From positions 1 to 58,366 of the forward strand of contig JBDQHL010000004.1 of assembly GCA_040264895.1 (NCBI GenBank): 58,366 nucleotides of DNA. The letters run 5' to 3'. Origin of the DNA: Bacteroidota bacterium. Its GTDB lineage: Bacteria > Bacteroidota > Ignavibacteria > Kapaibacteriales > UBA2268. A program made the translations under genes and the position numbers. The notes under the pieces were generated by a model. The model did not search any database. It worked only from the letters and a program-made list of their open reading frames with translations, and had not been told where the DNA came from. How positions within the stretch are numbered: position 1 is the stretch's first letter; every line of letters begins with the position of its first letter. This document shows positions 47,757 through 57,011 of this stretch, in pieces.

Positions 47757-49097
47757 TTAGTTTAATTCTAAATTTGAGTATAAGTAAATAGTAACAGCAA
47801 TAGCCGCTACACATTGTTTGAAATCTTTCTCGTCTACCTTATCAAAAGTATCAGCAGGGGAGTGGTGATACCAAAAGTATTTACCTTGGTCATCAGTGCT
47901 TAAGCTCATAGCTGGAACACCTGTTTCCACAAGTGGTCCAATATCTACTCCGCCACCACCTTTTGCAACAGTAATTTGTGGGTTGACCTTTTGTAATAAT
48001 GGCTCGAATTTCTTCACTTGCTCGAATAGTTCTTCGGAGCCTGAAAAACGAATATAAAGTGGAGCAAAAGTACCGACATCAAATTCGAATGCCATAGCAT
48101 GCTTTTCGTCAGCAAAGCCTTTAGCGTACTCTTTACCGCCCATTGCACCGTTTTCTTCGTTAGTCCACATTACTGCTCTTAGAGTACGCTTATTGTCCAA
48201 ACCGAGGTCATTTATTAACTTTACGGCTTCCCAGGTAGTCATACATCCTCCACCGTCATCGTGTGCACCTTGTCCAGCATCCCAAGCATCAATGTGACCA
48301 CCAACAGAAATTATTTCGTCAGCCATAGTACTTCCTTTTGCTTCACCCATTACATTATGTGAGATAGCATCTGGATAGTGCTTTGCGTGCATTGTTAAGT
48401 TGATTACTGGGGTTGTACCATTGTCTTGATATCTTTGGAGTAACTCTGCACCTTCTAAAGTTATTGCTGCATGTGGAATTTTAGGTAATGAATCTACATA
48501 AGCCATCATTCCAGTGTGCGGATTGTCCATTCCAGTTGGACTAACTGAGCGTATAAGACTAGCAATAGCACCTGCTTCTGCCGCCCACTGAGCACCGTAG
48601 AATCTGTATTGAACAGTTTGCCCATAACTCACGAATGGTGCATTGAAAAGGACAATTTTCCCTTTTGCTTCGTCTTTTCTTCTTTCTAATTCATCTTTGT
48701 CACGTACTACTAATACTTCTGCAGTTATTCCTTCTTGTGCAGTAGGAACAGAGCCACCAAGCCCCATCATTGTAAGGTCATATTCCATCGGGAATACTAC
48801 TTTAGCAGATTCATAGTGTCTCTTCCAGTTCGGTACGAATACTTCTTGCTTCTGAACATTATGGAGTCCGTCAGCTGTCATTTCTTCGTATATCCAACTG
48901 ATTGCTCGTTCTAATTGATGTGAGCCACTGAGTCGATTGGCGTAATTGTTACATAGGTGTTCTAATCTTTCCCAACCAACAGTGCTTTTGGTCGATGCTT
49001 CTATTATCTTATCTATATCATCTTCATAATCTTCTGGATTGAATTCTTTTGCGAACAATAGGGTAGGCAATAATAAGAGTAATAGTATCTTTTTCAT
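47757..49097 (-). CDS. M28-family aminopeptidase/carboxypeptidase Q-like, secreted
   Basis: Signal peptide, a PA-domain-like insert, and zinc-ligand blocks GGHIDAWDAGQGAHDDGGG and WTNEENG. Confidence 0.85.
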   Translation of the reverse strand: MKKILLLLLLPTLLFAKEFNPEDYEDDIDKIIEASTKSTVGWERLEHLCNNYANRLSGSHQLERAISWIYEEMTADGLHNVQKQEVFVPNWKRHYESAKVVFPMEYDLTMMGLGGSVPTAQEGITAEVLVVRDKDELERRKDEAKGKIVLFNAPFVSYGQTVQYRFYGAQWAAEAGAIASLIRSVSPTGMDNPHTGMMAYVDSLPKIPHAAITLEGAELLQRYQDNGTTPVINLTMHAKHYPDAISHNVMGEAKGSTMADEIISVGGHIDAWDAGQGAHDDGGGCMTTWEAVKLINDLGLDNKRTLRAVMWTNEENGAMGGKEYAKGFADEKHAMAFEFDVGTFAPLYIRFSGSEELFEQVKKFEPLLQKVNPQITVAKGGGGVDIGPLVETGVPAMSLSTDDQGKYFWYHHSPADTFDKVDEKDFKQCVAAIAVTIYLYSNLELN

Positions 49098-49156
49098 ATT
49101 TGTAAAGTTTTGAGTTGATTGAGTACAAATATAAGAAAATCTTATTATTTTAGCTT

Positions 49157-50590
49157 CTACTTTGCAGTAACTTTGAACATTGTTCTTCTGTTTTGCGCTC
49201 TACCTTCTTCTGTGTCGTTCGGCGCAACTGGTTGGCTAAGACCAAACCCACGATATCTAAGTCTGCGGTCTTCTATTCCTTTTCTTATAAGAGCATCCAT
49301 AACTGCTTTTGCTCTTCTTTCAGATAAATCTTGATTGAATTCTTCACCACCAATATTGTCAGTGTGTCCTTGTATTTCTAACCTGATACTTGGCTTAGAC
49401 ATCATAGCATCAATTATCTCATTAAGAATAGGCTCTGACTGAGGTTGCAAATCTGCTTTGTTATATTCGAATAATATAGGTCTTTTGAAGACCTCACCCA
49501 AATCGCTCCAAGGGAATAAATCACTAGTGTCATAGTTGTCAATTGCAACCATTACTGAATCTCTTCCAGGTACAGTTATTTCAGAAAACACTTTGTGGAA
49601 ACCCCAATATTCAGGTGGTTGGTATGTGATAAGATAATATTGCCTTAAGCTATTGTATATATCACGGATTACAGCTATTAGTTCTTGTTTCGATTTTGCA
49701 CGATAGAACCTACCACCTGTGTATTCTGCCATATAGACTAATTCCATATCCTGAGAATAGCCGAATGCTACTGTGAAAATGTGAACTTTTTCTTTCTTGG
49801 CGTATTCTATAACTTTGCCAATATCAACTTTGGAGTAGTTGTCATCTCCATCAGTGAACAGCACTAATACTCTTGGATCATCTTTGCTGGTTTCGCTTAG
49901 GATTTTTATATTCTCCACTACTGCATTTCTCATGGCTGAGAATAATCCTTTTTCTGAGTTTTTCTTTGCGTTGAATAGCTGCTTAAGTGTTGAAGTGTCT
50001 TTGTTCATTGGTACTTTGTAGTCAAACTTATTGTTGAAGCTACTTATACCAATATTATCATAAGCCATTTTTTCATCAATAAGAATATTAGTACCAAGGT
50101 GGATAATGTCGAGTACTGGCTCCATAGAACCGCTGTAATCTATTGTTAGCATTAAGTTATAGGGAATAGAATCGCCTTTGCCGTACTCACGCACTGTGAA
50201 CTCAGGTACATTTTCCATTCGCTTTTTGTATAACTTACCCAACTCTTCATCTAACTGAGTGAAGTAAGTTATGTCTTTGTTCTGCTTATATGGGTCTGCC
50301 ATTTGAGTAGCAAAATTACCAAGTGAGTCATAGACTCTGGTGAACAGGCGTATCTCATCAGGGTAGTCGTCATATTCTAATCGGAATATGTCATAAATCA
50401 GTTGGTTTGGATTGAGTGAGTCAATTGGTTTTGAATCAGAGATGTAAATGTTGTCGTAGTCTACAGTATCAGAAATTTCATAGTCATTATCAATGTCCTG
50501 TTGCATAGCAAAACCCTTTGGTTTCTCTCTGCTACCACAAGCGGAAATTAACACACTAAGAAATATGACAAATAGACTTTTCTTCAACAT
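49157..50590 (-). CDS. lipoprotein with vWA domain and C-terminal OmpA-like domain (paralog of 45855-47207)
   Basis: Lipobox LISAC. MIDAS region LTIDYSGSM, with later FTDGDDN. OmpA_C signature IQGHTDNIGGEEFNQDLSERRAKAV...NRRTMF. Confidence 0.85.
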   Translation of the reverse strand: MLKKSLFVIFLSVLISACGSREKPKGFAMQQDIDNDYEISDTVDYDNIYISDSKPIDSLNPNQLIYDIFRLEYDDYPDEIRLFTRVYDSLGNFATQMADPYKQNKDITYFTQLDEELGKLYKKRMENVPEFTVREYGKGDSIPYNLMLTIDYSGSMEPVLDIIHLGTNILIDEKMAYDNIGISSFNNKFDYKVPMNKDTSTLKQLFNAKKNSEKGLFSAMRNAVVENIKILSETSKDDPRVLVLFTDGDDNYSKVDIGKVIEYAKKEKVHIFTVAFGYSQDMELVYMAEYTGGRFYRAKSKQELIAVIRDIYNSLRQYYLITYQPPEYWGFHKVFSEITVPGRDSVMVAIDNYDTSDLFPWSDLGEVFKRPILFEYNKADLQPQSEPILNEIIDAMMSKPSIRLEIQGHTDNIGGEEFNQDLSERRAKAVMDALIRKGIEDRRLRYRGFGLSQPVAPNDTEEGRAQNRRTMFKVTAK

Positions 50591-50594
50591 ACTT

Positions 50595-51254
50595 TTACTT
50601 CTTTAGCCCCATAGCCATTCCGTCGCCAACAGTTACTAAGCAAGTGTCGTAATCAGGGCTTTCGTTGAGCATATCGTTGAATTGCTGTATTGCCATTACG
50701 TTGCCTGGTTCACTTTTAGGATTTTTTTTTGCTATATGACCGAAGCCAAGTGCATTGTCAGCAGCGAATACTCCACCCTTTCGAATGTGAGGAGTAGTTG
50801 ATTCGAAATAGCCTTTGTAGCCCTTTTTGTCAGCATCTACAAATACGAAGTCAAGTTCAAAATCTGGTTTCCAATCTGCTAGGAATTCTTTAGCATCTTG
50901 GTTTATAACTTCTATTACATTTTCCAAACCAGCTTCTTTTGCTTTTTGCTCTATAAATTTTGCATTCTTTTCATTTATCTCAACAGCTATTAGCTTCCCA
51001 TCTGCTGGTAGTGCCCTTGCCATAGTGATAGCCGAGTAGCCAGCGAGTGAGCCAATTTCCAATACATACTTAGCATTGATAGACTTCAGGTAGAATTGCA
51101 AGAACTTGCCCTGCTCTTCTGATATACAGATTTCGGGTATCCCCGCTTCTGTTGCATCTTGTTTTAAATTTTTTAGAAAGTCATCTTCTGATGAAAAATT
51201 ATCTTGAAGATAACCGTATATTTCTGGTGTTACTTGTGTTGGGTTCGATGACAT
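50595..51254 (-). CDS. class I SAM-dependent O-methyltransferase (family 3, caffeoyl-CoA OMT-like)
   Basis: VLEIGSLAGYSAITMA SAM motif and DFVFVDADKKGY. 219 aa. Confidence 0.8.
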   Translation of the reverse strand: MSSNPTQVTPEIYGYLQDNFSSEDDFLKNLKQDATEAGIPEICISEEQGKFLQFYLKSINAKYVLEIGSLAGYSAITMARALPADGKLIAVEINEKNAKFIEQKAKEAGLENVIEVINQDAKEFLADWKPDFELDFVFVDADKKGYKGYFESTTPHIRKGGVFAADNALGFGHIAKKNPKSEPGNVMAIQQFNDMLNESPDYDTCLVTVGDGMAMGLKK

Positions 51255-51271
51255 ATTATTATTCCTTTATC

Positions 51272-52219
51272 TTATGGTCTAGTTCCTAATCTTAGATTGA
51301 CGTTGACTCCGTGCTCTTCTATTTTCTCTACAAAAGTACCCAGATTATACATAACCGTGTCTAATCTTTCGGCAAGAGCTTTGTCGTATATCAGTTTGTT
51401 CAGAAGCGATTCGTTATTCTGAATGTCGTCAATTATAGCTCTCACATCGGCAGAGATTTTGTTGATATCTTCGAGGCTCGTGTCAGCTTTATCTACCAAT
51501 GTTACGGCTTTTTCTGATACCTGTTTCATATCGGCGATTATCTGTTCTATATTAGGTGATTGTCTCTTCACAGCCGTGTTCAGCTCTTCCGAAAATTCAG
51601 CCAGATTGCTGATGCTTGAGTTTATTTCAGCTTCGTTGTTAGTTACAATTCTGTTGATACGGGTCATTGTCTCTGACGCGTCATCCATTGTGGAACGTAG
51701 GTTCGCCATTAGCAATGTGTCTCCGAGCAGCCCATTAGCGTTTACAATCAGAGTGTCTAAACCTTTGATTATACTTTTCAAATCATCGCTAACTTCACCC
51801 ACATCGGCAATTAAATCTCCCAAATCGGCTGCTGTTCTTCCTCTTATAACAAAATCAGTTGTGATAGCTGAGCCAGAATTACCAGGGAATATCTCTAATT
51901 TTTTACCACCAGTTATCTCTAATATCGATATTCTTGCTCTTGCATTTGTGGTGATATCGTCTATTCTGTCGAGAGTTGCAGTTATCAGTACAGAGTCCAC
52001 GTTGTTCTCTATTGAGGAAACTTTACCACGCTCAACTCCGTTGACTACAACAGGTGCAGAGGGTTTCATTCCACCAGAGTTGGGGAACATGAACTGGACA
52101 GTTTTTTCGGTGCCGCTTAGTGAGAAATTTTCGCCAAGCATAACACCTACGACTAACATAACTATTCCAGCTAAGGCAACTAAGCCGACTATAAATTCTC
52201 TTTTCTTATCTGATTGCAT
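51272..52219 (-). CDS. MCE/MlaD-family protein
   Basis: N-terminal TM anchor, an MCE beta-barrel segment (FPNSGGMKPSAPVVVNGVERGKVSSI) and a long helical C-terminus. Confidence 0.75.
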   Translation of the reverse strand: MQSDKKREFIVGLVALAGIVMLVVGVMLGENFSLSGTEKTVQFMFPNSGGMKPSAPVVVNGVERGKVSSIENNVDSVLITATLDRIDDITTNARARISILEITGGKKLEIFPGNSGSAITTDFVIRGRTAADLGDLIADVGEVSDDLKSIIKGLDTLIVNANGLLGDTLLMANLRSTMDDASETMTRINRIVTNNEAEINSSISNLAEFSEELNTAVKRQSPNIEQIIADMKQVSEKAVTLVDKADTSLEDINKISADVRAIIDDIQNNESLLNKLIYDKALAERLDTVMYNLGTFVEKIEEHGVNVNLRLGTRP

Positions 52220-52529
52220 AAGCTTTCGATTTTTGTTTTTTATATCACTAAACCAGTTGGTTTAATCTGTAAATTAATAATTTATTTACTTTTATCCTTT
52301 AATTTAAGTGAATTTGTGATTTTGGGGGTGTTGAATTAGAAATTTTAGAGATGTGCTGAGTACATTTTTTAAGACTGGTCGTTGAGATTACTTCGGCAAT
52401 GCTCAGCACAGGAACTTCGTTCCGAAAGATTGATTTTAAATCCCAGCCTATTTTGTCAAGGAGGTGTAAATCCTCCCGACCTCCTATATGTAATACGCTA
52501 AAAAAGGTTGACACATTTAAGGAGTATAG

Positions 52530-52913
52530 ATGTCAAACTATAGATATACATTAGAGTTCAAGAAGCAAGTAGTCAGAGATATAGAATCTGGTAAATATAA
52601 GACAGCAGAAGAAGCGAGAAGAATATTAGAAATTGGTGGTAAGATGACTGTTTTAAAATGGGTAGCTAATTATGGTAAAAATGTTAAATTAGCAGACACA
52701 GATAAAGTAACAAAAATATTAGATATACGAATGAAAGAAAATAGTAAAGAAGATAAGATTAGAATTCTTGAAAAGCAACTAGAAGAGTTGAGAGAAGCTA
52801 AGACGGATAAAGATATAGAACTAGAGTTTTACAAGGCAGCATTTGAAGTGGTTAAAGAAGATTACGGTATTGATCTAAAAAAAAAGTATGGTTCAAAGCT
52901 ACGCAAAAAATGA
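52530..52913 (+). CDS. IS3-family transposase OrfA (HTH plus leucine-zipper)
   Basis: 127 aa. It has an N-terminal HTH-like region and a coiled coil (ILEKQLEELREAKTDKDIELEF). The slippery A9G run lies near its 3' end. Confidence 0.75.
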   Translation: MSNYRYTLEFKKQVVRDIESGKYKTAEEARRILEIGGKMTVLKWVANYGKNVKLADTDKVTKILDIRMKENSKEDKIRILEKQLEELREAKTDKDIELEFYKAAFEVVKEDYGIDLKKKYGSKLRKK

Positions 52914-53683
52914 GAATGAAATCTCATTATAGTTTATCTAAGATTTTAAGAATAATCTCATATTCAAGACAAGCTTATTACAAATCTAAAAAGCGGATGA
53001 ACCAAAAGAATATTTATAAAAGTATTATTCTTTCATTTGCTGAAGATATGATCAAGTTATTTCCTAAAATGGGTATAGACAAGCTTTATTATAGTATTAA
53101 GGGTAAGCTGGAAGCATTATCAATAAAGTATGGAAGAGACAAGTTACGTTTAGAGCAAAACAGAAAAGAAAGAAAAAATCCGTATTTTATAATGTTTATG
53201 AAGGAAAGTCAAAGTTTGTAAATAGAGTGAAATGTAATGAGCCTAATAGCATCAATCATCAATGGCATATAGACATAACACAATTAAAGTACAAGAATAT
53301 GAATCTGTATATGACAGTAATTCTAGATGGTTACAGTAGAAAAATAGTTTCTCATGTAGTGTCTAACACGTTAAAGAGTCAAGAGACATCGCTAAAAGCA
53401 TTAGAAAAAGGATTGCTCTACGGTGTTCCTGAAACTATACATAGTGATAGAGGTTTGCAGTTTGTATGCAATGACTGAGAAGAAGCATTAGAGAACTTTA
53501 ATATAAATAGTAGTTATAGCCAGAAAGGAACACCAACTGAAAATGGTAAAATAGAAAGAGTATTTAGATCAGATTGAGAGAAAGATAGATTTATACAATC
53601 AAAAAAGACCACACCAATCACTAAATTATTCTACACCAAATAAAGTTTTTTATAATAATAACTGTCAACCTATACTAGCGTAA
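52910..53683 (+). pseudogene. IS3-family transposase OrfB (DDE/rve), disrupted
   Basis: The rve core is recognisable (WHIDITQL, ILDGYSRKIV, HSDRGLQF, GKIERVF, YNQKRPHQSLNYSTP). It is spread over at least 3 frames, with in-frame stops at 53219-53221, 53476-53478 and 53575-53577 and an apparent internal deletion before YNQKRPH. Confidence 0.75.
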
Positions 53684-53877
53684 GACAATATCAAGGAGGA
53701 GTTAGAATATGGAAGTCCTCCCTGATAAGGGAGGATTTAGGATGGTTTAGTCACATACAATAGCGGAGGACAATGACTCGTTTAACGAGTGGCAATCTCA
53801 CAACAATATAGATTTCTTTTTTCTATCAAATAATACTTATTTTAGTAGTAACAAAAAATGAGATAAAGAAAATAAGA

Positions 53878-55149
53878 ATGAAAATAGCAGTATTAGGGTT
53901 GGGTTATGTGGGATTGCCACTTGCTGCAGCCATAACAAAATTAACAAATCACAATGTTCTTGGATTTGATATAGACAATAGCAAAGTGGAAGCAATTGTC
54001 GCTGGCAATAGCCCAATAGATGATGAGCAGTGCGAAAAAGATTTGAAAGAAATTACTCTTAAAGCAACGAGTAATTCTGATGAAATAAAGTCAACGGATG
54101 TGTTTATTGTTTGTGTGCCTACGCCTGTGCTAGATGACTATACACCAGATTTGACCCCCGTTAAATCTGCAATTATTGAAATTTGCAATCACTTAGAAAA
54201 AGGGAATATTATAATAGTTGAATCAACCATTAACCCTGGTGTTTGCGATGAGGTATTGATCCCCCTTATAGAAGAAAAGACTGAAATGAAAGCAGGTGTT
54301 GATTTCGATTTGGCTCACTGCCCAGAACGAATAAACCCAGGTGACCCAAAGTGGAATGTATATAATATTCCGAGGAATATTGGCTCTACTTCTGTTGATG
54401 CGACAAAAGTAGTAGCAGATTTGTACCGCGAGTTTATTTCTGCTGAGATAAATGAAATGCCAAATCTGAAAACTACAGAAGCAACAAAGATAATTGAGAA
54501 TACTTTCAGGGATATTAATATTGCATTTGTAAATGAGCTTGCAAAATCTTTTGATGTGTTGGATATTGATTTGAAGACTGTAATTGATGCTGCTTCTAAT
54601 AAACCATTTGCTTTTATGGCTCATTATCCGAGTTGCGGAGTTGGTGGACATTGTATACCTGTTGACCCTTATTATCTAATCGAACGAGCAAAGCAAAGTG
54701 GATTTGACCATAAGTTCTTGAAGTTGGCGCGTGAGATAAACAACTCTATGCCACATTACACAATTAATTTACTTTCCGAAGAGCTGAATAATTTTAGCAA
54801 ATCTATAAAAGGGACAAAAGTAACACTTCTTGGTCTGTCTTATAAAGCAAATGTTGGTGATTTGAGGCAAAGTCCTTCTACTACAATGATTAAGGAATTA
54901 GAAAAACGTGGTGCTGAACTAACTATATATGATCCATTCTTTCCAGATAAGTCATCAGTTAGTAGCTTAGATGAGGCGTTGAGGGACTCTTTCGCGGTTG
55001 TACTTGCAACAGATCACAAGGAATTTAAAGGTATTACTGCTGAAAAACTTGATAAACATGGTGTTAAAGTATTAGTTGATGGCAAAAATTGTATTGATAT
55101 GAATAGTTTCGATGGAACAGGTGTAGCTTATAAAGGAATTGGTAGATAA
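53878..55149 (+). CDS. UDP-sugar (UDP-glucose/UDP-ManNAc/GDP-mannose family) 6-dehydrogenase
   Basis: MKIAVLGLGYVGLPLA Rossmann motif, a catalytic Cys region (GVGGHCIPVDP) and a C-terminal UDP-binding domain. 423 aa. Confidence 0.9.
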   Translation: MKIAVLGLGYVGLPLAAAITKLTNHNVLGFDIDNSKVEAIVAGNSPIDDEQCEKDLKEITLKATSNSDEIKSTDVFIVCVPTPVLDDYTPDLTPVKSAIIEICNHLEKGNIIIVESTINPGVCDEVLIPLIEEKTEMKAGVDFDLAHCPERINPGDPKWNVYNIPRNIGSTSVDATKVVADLYREFISAEINEMPNLKTTEATKIIENTFRDINIAFVNELAKSFDVLDIDLKTVIDAASNKPFAFMAHYPSCGVGGHCIPVDPYYLIERAKQSGFDHKFLKLAREINNSMPHYTINLLSEELNNFSKSIKGTKVTLLGLSYKANVGDLRQSPSTTMIKELEKRGAELTIYDPFFPDKSSVSSLDEALRDSFAVVLATDHKEFKGITAEKLDKHGVKVLVDGKNCIDMNSFDGTGVAYKGIGR

Positions 55150-55174
55150 TTTTTTTAAACAATAAGGTTGAGCA

Positions 55175-56437
55175 ATGAAAAAGTATATTGGTTATTTGGT
55201 GTTTGCTCTTCTTGTTTCTGTTGCTACTATATTAATATCTCATCTTGTCCAACCTCAAATCAGTTTCAATGACGGTCTTGGTTGGGACGGTGTAAAATAC
55301 ACCAAAATTGCTCACGATTTTGTTGAGGAGGAGACTATCTCTACCAAAGCACCTTTTGTGTACCGAATTGGTGTACCTTATTTGGTATCTATCATAAGTC
55401 CAAATGATACGACTATAGGTTTTCTGATCATTAATTGGCTATTCAGCATAATTAATGCTGTGTTGCTCGCTATTCTGCTTTCACGGTTTACTAACAAGAA
55501 ATGGATAGTGTATTTTCTGACATTCTTGTTCATCACCCAATGGCACAATTACTTCCGATTTGGTAGCTTCTATCCTGTACAAGTAGATGCTCTAGCGTTA
55601 ACAATAATTCTATCATCTATTTTCATCCTTCTAAAGAATGGTATAAGCAAAAGAGATGTAGCTGCAATTTCAATTCTTACTTTCTTAGGAGTTTTTGTTC
55701 GAGAGATAGCGGCATTACCTGCGCTTTTGTTAGTTTTAAAATCATTTGGTATTTCAGGATTTGATATAAAATCATCAAAGGCAAATTGGAAATCAAATAG
55801 AAGTCTAATTAAAACATCTGCATTTATACCAATTCTTATATTTATATTAGTTACCGCTTTTATTCGTGTTGGTGTGGAGCCAACAAACACCTATAAATTT
55901 TATAATGCTGCTCTTGGGATTCTCTATACAAAGGCACTGTTTACCTATATACACTCTTGGATTGTTAGCTATGGTTCTATTTTATTTATACCAATTCTAT
56001 TTAGAAATCAAACAAAGCAGTTTTTGAGAACTAATCCCGTGTTAGGGAATTTGCTAATGTTGATTCTAGTATTATCATTTGTTGGTGGTGCAGATACATC
56101 TAGGTTAGCTTATTGGGGCTTTCCTGTTGTGCTAGCTTGTATAGCTTGGGTTATGAATAGAATTAAAATAGAAAATAACTATAAGCTATTTTTCTTGATT
56201 ATTATTGTAGCGCAATTTGTAGCTCAGAGGATTATGTTTATTATTCCAGATTATCCCAGTGAGATGACTACCACTAATATGATACTCGTACCTTTTGGTA
56301 ATGACTTTCCGTATTTAAATCTATTTCCTGCTCATTCGGAGTTAGTTCCGAGAGTAGTAGGTTTTTTACAATGGGTTGGAGTATTTATAGTTTTATTATT
56401 TGTAAAAAATAAGACAAAAAAAAGCCACTCTAAGTAG
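55175..56437 (+). CDS. polytopic membrane protein, possible GT-C-type glycosyltransferase or polymerase
   Basis: 420 aa with at least 10 TM helices. It lies immediately downstream of the sugar dehydrogenase. No diagnostic motif recognised. Confidence 0.45.
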   Translation: MKKYIGYLVFALLVSVATILISHLVQPQISFNDGLGWDGVKYTKIAHDFVEEETISTKAPFVYRIGVPYLVSIISPNDTTIGFLIINWLFSIINAVLLAILLSRFTNKKWIVYFLTFLFITQWHNYFRFGSFYPVQVDALALTIILSSIFILLKNGISKRDVAAISILTFLGVFVREIAALPALLLVLKSFGISGFDIKSSKANWKSNRSLIKTSAFIPILIFILVTAFIRVGVEPTNTYKFYNAALGILYTKALFTYIHSWIVSYGSILFIPILFRNQTKQFLRTNPVLGNLLMLILVLSFVGGADTSRLAYWGFPVVLACIAWVMNRIKIENNYKLFFLIIIVAQFVAQRIMFIIPDYPSEMTTTNMILVPFGNDFPYLNLFPAHSELVPRVVGFLQWVGVFIVLLFVKNKTKKSHSK

Positions 56438-56443
56438 AGTGGC
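56416..56443 (-). terminator. hairpin GCCACTCT/AGAGTGGC with T-run on minus strand, shared by convergent genes
   Basis: 8-bp perfect stem (56424-56431 and 56436-56443) with loop AAGT. The plus-strand A8 run upstream reads as a T-run after the hairpin on the minus strand. It overlaps the last codons of 55175-56437. Confidence 0.6.
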
Positions 56444-56460
56444 TAATAGAATAATCTATT

Positions 56461-57000
56461 TTAATCATGTTGGACAAAAGCTCCTATATCAGTAGCCATT
56501 ATGATTGACATACCGCCAACCTTTTTAACTTTACCTTGTATTGTAACTAATTCTTGATCTACTACACGAGCTAAGTTTTTCCAATCATAATTACCAGCTG
56601 CATTGTAAACCATGTAGAATTGTCCATTAGTAAGGAAACCAACGTATTGGCCAGCCATTACTAATTCCTTAACTCTACCAGCATTCAACGCTTCGTAATT
56701 TCCAGTAATAGCATCAGTTAATTTTACTACTTTACCTGTCCATCCACCTTTAGTGAATTTAGTTGTAGCATCACCAACTTTCTTTTTTACTTCATCAACA
56801 GCTTTTTCAGCACCTTCAGCCATGTCGTTTGCTGCATCTTCGGCCATTTCGTTTGCTGTTTCTTCTGCGTCTTCAGCCATTTCATTTGCAGTATCTTCAA
56901 CTTGTTCAGATAAAGATTTCTCTGGCTCGTCTTTGTTTTCATTGCCACCACAAGCTAGTAGTAAACCAGATAGCAATAGTACTAATAGTATCTTTTTCAT
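56461..57000 (-). CDS. lipoprotein with acidic ANEMAEDA repeats and a C-terminal domain paralogous to the next gene
   Basis: Lipobox LLLACG. Imperfect 24/33-nt tandem repeats at 56819-56899 encode ANEMAEDAEET/ANEMAEDA/ANDMAEGA. The C-terminal roughly 100 aa align with 57012-57359. Confidence 0.6.
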   Translation of the reverse strand: MKKILLVLLLSGLLLACGGNENKDEPEKSLSEQVEDTANEMAEDAEETANEMAEDAANDMAEGAEKAVDEVKKKVGDATTKFTKGGWTGKVVKLTDAITGNYEALNAGRVKELVMAGQYVGFLTNGQFYMVYNAAGNYDWKNLARVVDQELVTIQGKVKKVGGMSIIMATDIGAFVQHD

Positions 57001-57011
57001 CTTTTTACTCC

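Larger units (their letters stand above)
52489..53687 (+). mobile_element. IS3-family insertion sequence, decayed (about 1.2 kb)
   Basis: Terminal inverted repeats are TGTAATACGCTAAAAAAGGTTGACA (52489-52513) and its partner at 53663-53687 (20/25 match, TG...CA ends). A 3-bp direct duplication ATA flanks the element (52486-52488 and 53688-53690). The orfA/orfB layout includes an A_AAA_AAG slippery heptamer at 52880-52886. Confidence 0.8.

Noticed and set aside
51423-52265. 280-aa ORF on the plus strand covering almost the whole mlaD locus
   Set aside because: Its sequence is Ser/Ile/Leu-rich low complexity with no motifs and it runs fully antisense to a gene with clear MCE-family features. 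This is a typical shadow ORF in AT-rich DNA.
52299-52514. 71-aa minus-strand ORF between mlaD and the IS
   Set aside because: Its start codon lies inside the IS3 left inverted repeat, it has no RBS or motif support, and it overlaps the hairpin-rich spacer. It is most likely fortuitous.
53476-53577. Possible TGA recoding (Trp/Gly), because two in-frame TGAs in IS3 orfB are followed by still-sensible transposase sequence
   Set aside because: TGA clearly terminates conserved housekeeping genes at their expected C-termini (for example rpoN at 8783-8785 and the thiolase at 2786-2788). In addition, the IS also has frameshifts and a deletion. Ordinary pseudogene decay under genetic code 11 explains the observation.
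56819-56899. Short tandem repeats that might be mistaken for a CRISPR-like or VNTR locus
   Set aside because: They are in-frame coding repeats (ANEMAEDA units) within a lipoprotein gene, with no spacer/repeat organisation. No CRISPR array was seen anywhere in the window.
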